DNA of 64,000 nucleotides from Halobacteriaceae archaeon (GTDB lineage Archaea; Halobacteriota; Halobacteria; Halobacteriales; Halobacteriaceae): NCBI GenBank assembly GCA_042216675.1, contig JBDGTS010000016.1, positions 1 to 64,000 of the forward strand, read 5' to 3'. Shown piece by piece: positions 59,270 to 64,000 of this stretch (position 1 is its first letter; each line of letters starts with the position of its first letter). The notes under the pieces were generated by a model. It saw only the letters and a program-made list of their open reading frames with translations, ran no database searches and was not told where the DNA came from. The position numbers and the translations under genes were made by a program.

Positions 59270-61113
59270 ATGGGTGACGCCGTCGACGTCCTCCACGTCG
59301 GCGACTCCTTCGTGGCCCCCCTCGACGCGGCGGCCAGCGGGGCGGTCCGACGGACTGTGTACGGGGCCGACGAGACGGTGGCCGTACTGGACGAACTCGG
59401 GGACCCGGGCGCTCGGGTCGACTGCGTCGTCTGCGAACACCCACTCGACGACGTGGACGTGGTCGACTTTCTCGACTCCCTCGTCGAGTGGGGGGCCGGC
59501 GTGCCCGTCGTCCTCCTCACCGACGCGGGGAGCGAGTCGCTCGCGAGTGAGGCCATCTCCGCGGGCGTCACGGAGTACGTCAGCGTCGCCGACGCGGACT
59601 GGGCCGCCGCCGCGGCCGCCATCGAGCGCTGTGCCCGCGAGGGACGGACCGGCCCGCAGTTCCACCTCGAAACCTCGTTTCGCCACCTCGTGGAGCAGAA
59701 CATCGCCGGCGTCTTCGAGGTGCAGGGCGAGGAGTTCACGTACGTCAATCCGACGTTCGCGGACGTCTTCGGCTACTCGCAGGCGGAGTTGATCGGTCGC
59801 TCGCCGCTGGACCTCGTGGTCGAAGCCGACAGAGCGACCCTGCGCGAGAACATGGCGGCGCTCGCCCGCGGGGACGCCGAGAGCGCCGTCTGGAGGAGCA
59901 GAACCAGCGCCTCGACAGGCTGAACCGCATCAACGAGACGATTCGGACAATCGACCGGGCGCTGGTACAGGCGTCCTCCCGGAGCGAAATCGAGCAGTCG
60001 GTCTGTTCGGAACTCGTGCGCGTCGGCTCCTACGCGTTCGCGTGGGTCGGCGAGTACGAACCCCGCTCCGACCGCGTCGAACCGCGCGAGTGGGCCGGCG
60101 CGGAGAAGGGCTATCTGGAGACGGCGACGTTCACCACCGACGGCAGTCCGAGCGGACAGAGGCCCACCGGCCGGGCGGTCCGCACCGGGGAGCCACAGGT
60201 CACCGCCGACGTGCTCTCGGACCCGCCCCACGAGCCGTGGCGCGAGGCCGCCCTGAAGTGGGGCTATCGGTCGAGCATCGCCATCCCCCTCACCTACCGG
60301 GACAGTCTCTACGGCGTCCTCAACATCTATGCGGAACGCCCGAACGTCTTCGACGAACTGGAGCGGCGGACCCTCTCGGAACTCGGCGAGACCATCGCGT
60401 ACGCCATCAACGCCGTCGAGAGCAAGAAAGCCCTCGTCAGCGACGAGGTGACGGAACTGGACGTTCGCGTCGGCGTGGAGGGCTACCCGCTGTTCGAATT
60501 CGTCGGAGCGGACCCCGACCGCTCGTTCGAACTCGACGGCATCGTGCCCGCCGACGACGCCTTCCGCGTCTTCTACACCGTTCACGGCGCCACGGCCACC
60601 GAAATCGAGGCGCTCGCGGGCGAGTCGATGGCGGTTCGGGAGAACCGCCTCGTCGCCGAACGCGACGGCGACTGCTCGTTCGAGTGCGTCGTCACCGAGG
60701 AAGGCCTGACGTTCTGGCTCCTCGATAGGGGCGCCGTGCCGCAGTCCATCTCCGTCTCCGAGGACGGCGCCCGCGTCACACTCGAACTCGCGCGGGACGC
60801 CGACGCCCGCGACTTCGTCGAACACCTCGACGCGGCGTATCCCGAGGTGGAACTGCTGGCTACGCGGCGCCGCGAGCGCTCGGTCCGCGCGCGGGCGGCG
60901 TTCGAGGCGGCCCTCGACGCGGAACTCACGCCCCGCCAGCGCGAAGTTCTCCACACGGCGTATCTCAGCGGCTACTTCGACACGCCACGCGAGCGAACCG
61001 CCACCGACGTGGCGGCCTCGCTCGACATCTCACAGCCGACGTTCAGCGGCCACCTCCGCGCTGGCCTGCGCAACGTTCTGGACCTGCTGTTCACCGACGA
61101 CCTAGATAGATAG
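59270..61113 (+). pseudogene. Bat-type regulator (receiver-PAS-GAF-HTH_10), frameshifted near 59881
   Basis: Frame 1: receiver-like (DCVV, PVVLLT..GSESLASEAISAGVTEYV) plus PAS N-half, stop at 59923. Frame 2 from 59881: ERRLEEQNQRLDRLNRIN, GAF, LTPRQREVL.TAY..GYF..PR..HLR. The PAC half of the PAS domain is missing. Confidence 0.8.
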
Positions 61114-61185
61114 CCCCGCTCGGCGCCCCCCTGCTTTCGATAGAGGCATTAGCCCCATCCTTTAACTGCCCCTACGTAGGCTCGA

Positions 61186-61737
61186 ATGCGAATCAAACTC
61201 GCTGCGGTGGCGATGGTCGTCATCGCGATTACGGCAACGCTCGGTGCTAGTGCGTTCACGACGGGAACTGTCGACCGGTCCTCCAGCGTCAACGTGGTCA
61301 ACGACGACACTGGTCTCCTCGCTCTCTCCGACGGGACGTCCGGCGGCCTCGTGTTCCAGAACAGCAGCGGTGCCCTCGAAATCGACTTCACGAAGGGCGG
61401 CGCGAGCGGCGTCAACACGGAGGCGACGTTCACGCTCGGCAACACGGCCGACCCGACGAATCAGTCCGCGTTCAACATCTCGAACCTCGACGCCGAGTCC
61501 CACGACCTGACCGTCGAGTACACGGGTGCCGGCGGCACGAGTGACGCCGACGCCAATCTGCAGTTCCAGGTCTACGACAGCACCGGCACCAACGTCGCCA
61601 CGGTCAGCGAGGAGACCACCTCGGACTCCATCACTGGCGCCGCCTCCGGTGACACGTACTACGTCGTCATCGTCGTGGACACCCACGGTCTCGACAGCAC
61701 GGCGGACCTCTCCGGGACGCTGACGGTGTCGGCCTAA
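61186..61737 (+). CDS. Secreted fimbrial/TasA-like subunit (SipW-class signal; DUF1102-like)
   Basis: MRIKLAAVAMVVIAITATLGASA|FTTGTVDRSSSVNVVNDDTGLLAL; beta-rich S/T/N/D body; no anchor; adjacent to a signal peptidase. Confidence 0.75.
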   Translation: MRIKLAAVAMVVIAITATLGASAFTTGTVDRSSSVNVVNDDTGLLALSDGTSGGLVFQNSSGALEIDFTKGGASGVNTEATFTLGNTADPTNQSAFNISNLDAESHDLTVEYTGAGGTSDADANLQFQVYDSTGTNVATVSEETTSDSITGAASGDTYYVVIVVDTHGLDSTADLSGTLTVSA

Positions 61738-61753
61738 CGCCACACCGCCTCTC

Positions 61754-62737
61754 GTGTTTCGGTTCGCCGGCGCAGCCCTCGTGCTCGGGTTCGTCCTGCT
61801 GACGGTCGCCCCCGCTGGAGCGCCGGTGCAGGTGTCGTACGTGTTTTCGGACAGCATGTCGCCGACCATCGAGACGAACGACGCGTTCCTCGTGGTCGAC
61901 TCCGACGGCGTGGAGACGGGCGACGTCATCACATTCTGGGACGCTCAGCGGGAGACGTACGTCACCCACCGCGTCGTCGGGACGTCCGAGGCGGGGTTCA
62001 TCACGAAGGGCGACAACAACCCGACCACCGACCAAGCCGCCGGCCGGGCGCCGGTCCGGCAGAGCGACGTGGTCGGCGAAGTCGTCACCTACGGCGGCGC
62101 GCCGCTGACCGTCCCCGGCTACGGCGCCGCCGTAATCGCGATTCAGGAGCATCGCCTCCTCACGCTCCTCGTGGCGGGCGGAGCGATGCTCCTCACGTCG
62201 CTCCGACCCGGGGACCGCGATGCGCGGCCGTCGCGGTCGGTCCAGCGGGTGCGCCACGTCGTGCGACCGCTGTTCGCCGCCAGCGCTGCCTCCGTCGTCG
62301 CCGTCGTTCTCCTCACCGCCATCAGCCAGCAGTTCGTCTTCGTCGCCGTCGCGACGCCGTCTGCCGCGCCGAACACGCTCACTGTCGGTGAACCGCAGGA
62401 GACGACGCTCACCGTCGAGCGGTCGGCGTCGCCGTTCACGCGGAGCGTCGTCGGTGCCCACGGGATGACGGTGACGAACCAGTCCCGCAACGCCTCGGCG
62501 GTGTCCGTCACCGCCCGAATTCCGCCCCCGGAGTCGACGGGCCGCCACGCCACGCGGCTCACGGTCCATCAGTATCCGGCGGTGGCGCCGACGTGGCTCC
62601 TCCGGACGCTGCACGGCGTCCACCCGGCCGTACCCGCGGTGCTCACGACGCTCCTCGTGTTGGCGCCGCTGTATCTCGCCGTGGAACTCCTCATCGACGT
62701 GCGCGCCACCGACCGCTCGGCGCCCATCGAGGGCTGA
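61754..62737 (+). CDS. Signal peptidase I (S26, SipW/Sec11 type) with C-terminal membrane/extracellular extension
   Basis: VFSDSMSPTI, GDVITF, VTHRVV, FITKGDNN..TD; further TM segments and a beta domain. Confidence 0.9.
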   Translation: MFRFAGAALVLGFVLLTVAPAGAPVQVSYVFSDSMSPTIETNDAFLVVDSDGVETGDVITFWDAQRETYVTHRVVGTSEAGFITKGDNNPTTDQAAGRAPVRQSDVVGEVVTYGGAPLTVPGYGAAVIAIQEHRLLTLLVAGGAMLLTSLRPGDRDARPSRSVQRVRHVVRPLFAASAASVVAVVLLTAISQQFVFVAVATPSAAPNTLTVGEPQETTLTVERSASPFTRSVVGAHGMTVTNQSRNASAVSVTARIPPPESTGRHATRLTVHQYPAVAPTWLLRTLHGVHPAVPAVLTTLLVLAPLYLAVELLIDVRATDRSAPIEG

Positions 62738-62786
62738 CCGCCGGCGCCGCTGTGCACTCGTTCGACCCGAAAAGGCAGTTCCGCGC

Positions 62787-63332
62787 TCAGTTCTCGACGG
62801 TGACGCTCTCCAGCACCACGTCGCGTTTCGGCTGGTCGTTCGCGTCCGTCTCGACGTCGCCGATTTCCCGCACCACGTCCATCCCGTCGGTGACCTCGCC
62901 GAAGACAGCGTGCTTGCCGTCGAGGTGCGGCTGGGCGTCGAGGGTGATGAAGAACTGCGAGCCGTTGGTGTCGGGCCCGCGGTTCGCCATCGACAGGACG
63001 CCCGGGCCGTCGTGGGACAGGTCGTCGTCGAACTCGTCGTCGAAGGTGTAGCCGGGGCCGCCGCGGCCGGTGCCGGTGGGGTCGCCGGTCTGAATCATGA
63101 AGCCGTCGATGACGCGGTGGATGGCCACGTCGTCGTAGAGGGGGTCGACGCGCTTCTCGCCCGTCTCGGGGTCCTCCCACGCGCCCTCACCGGGACCGAC
63201 GTCGGCCTCGTCGTAGTCGTCGGCGCGCGTCGCGTGGTCCACGAAGGCCTCGACCGTGCGGGGCTTCTTTTCGTCGTACAGTTCGACCTCGACGTCGCCC
63301 TCGCTGGTGTGGAGGGTTGCGGTAATCGTCAT
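62787..63332 (-). CDS. ppiA: Cyclophilin-type peptidyl-prolyl cis-trans isomerase
   Basis: [52 protein letters not shown]. Confidence 0.96.
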   Translation of the reverse strand: MTITATLHTSEGDVEVELYDEKKPRTVEAFVDHATRADDYDEADVGPGEGAWEDPETGEKRVDPLYDDVAIHRVIDGFMIQTGDPTGTGRGGPGYTFDDEFDDDLSHDGPGVLSMANRGPDTNGSQFFITLDAQPHLDGKHAVFGEVTDGMDVVREIGDVETDANDQPKRDVVLESVTVEN

Positions 63333-63417
63333 GGCCCGACAGAGGCGCCGGTACCGGAAAACCGTGCCGGTGCAGTCCCGGAAGATTTTGGTAGGAGGGC
63401 CGTGGCGGGTGAGACAC

Positions 63418-64000
63418 ATGAGCGTCAGAATTGCATTTATCGGCGCCGGCAACATCGCCGGTCGACACTTCAACACACTCGAGACGATGGACGACGCGAA
63501 CGTCGTCGCCATCTGTGACATCGACGAGGACGCCGCCGAGGAAGCGGGCGAACGCTTCGACGCGGAGACGTTCACCGATTGGGAGGCGCTCTACGAGGAG
63601 GCCGACTTCGAGGCCGTCTTCGTCTGTCTGCCGCCCTTCGCCCACGAGGGCCAAGAGCAGGCCGCCGCGGAACGCGGCATCGACCTGTTCGTGGAGAAGC
63701 CCCTCGCCCTCGAACAGTCCTACGCCGAGGAGGTCCGTGACCTCGTGGCGGAGAACGACGTCATCGCGCAGGTCGGCTACAACTGGCGCTACTCCCCCGG
63801 CGTCGAGTACGTGCAGGAGGTCCTCGCGGGCCGCGACGTGGGCTACGTCGACGGCTACTGGTGGGGCGGCGTCCCCGGCGGCGAGGACCACTGGTGGCGC
63901 CACAAGGAGCGCTCGGGCGGTCAGACCGTCGAGCAGGCGACCCACATCTTCGACACCGTGCGCGCCGTCGCGGGCGACGTGACGGAAGTGATGGCCGCCG
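63418..64000 (+). CDS. Gfo/Idh/MocA oxidoreductase (runs off the window end)
   Basis: [40 protein letters not shown]. Confidence 0.9.
   Translation, partial: MSVRIAFIGAGNIAGRHFNTLETMDDANVVAICDIDEDAAEEAGERFDAETFTDWEALYEEADFEAVFVCLPPFAHEGQEQAAAERGIDLFVEKPLALEQSYAEEVRDLVAENDVIAQVGYNWRYSPGVEYVQEVLAGRDVGYVDGYWWGGVPGGEDHWWRHKERSGGQTVEQATHIFDTVRAVAGDVTEVMAA

Overview
GC-rich haloarchaeal (Halobacteria) chromosomal window: acidic proteins, PGF-CTERM, CetZ, archaeosine and F420 genes. The core backbone runs ppk1, stress genes (UspA x2, Hsp20), tgtA-arcS, raSEA, purQ/S/U/C, cofH/cofG/cofC, cetZ, tmk, katG, Lrp-trkA-Lrp, tRNA-Leu(TAA), ppiA. Accessory material is interleaved: (i) a ~10 kb cell-surface block after arcS with small regulators, a 2536-aa secreted Ig-repeat glycoprotein lacking a membrane anchor, and a PGF-CTERM partner; (ii) a siroheme sulfite/nitrite reductase plus FrhB-like pair inside the F420 biosynthesis cluster; (iii) rhamnogalacturonan/rhamnoside enzymes; (iv) a 702-aa CHAT/caspase-like protein convergent with an unannotated 41-aa signal-peptide-plus-hexapeptide gene, next to a frameshifted Bat-type regulator and a SipW-type fimbrial pair. 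The best candidate for an undescribed system is the secreted micropeptide plus CHAT protein module. No CRISPR array, rRNA or intact transposase was seen. All family calls come from motif recognition by eye; no searches were run.
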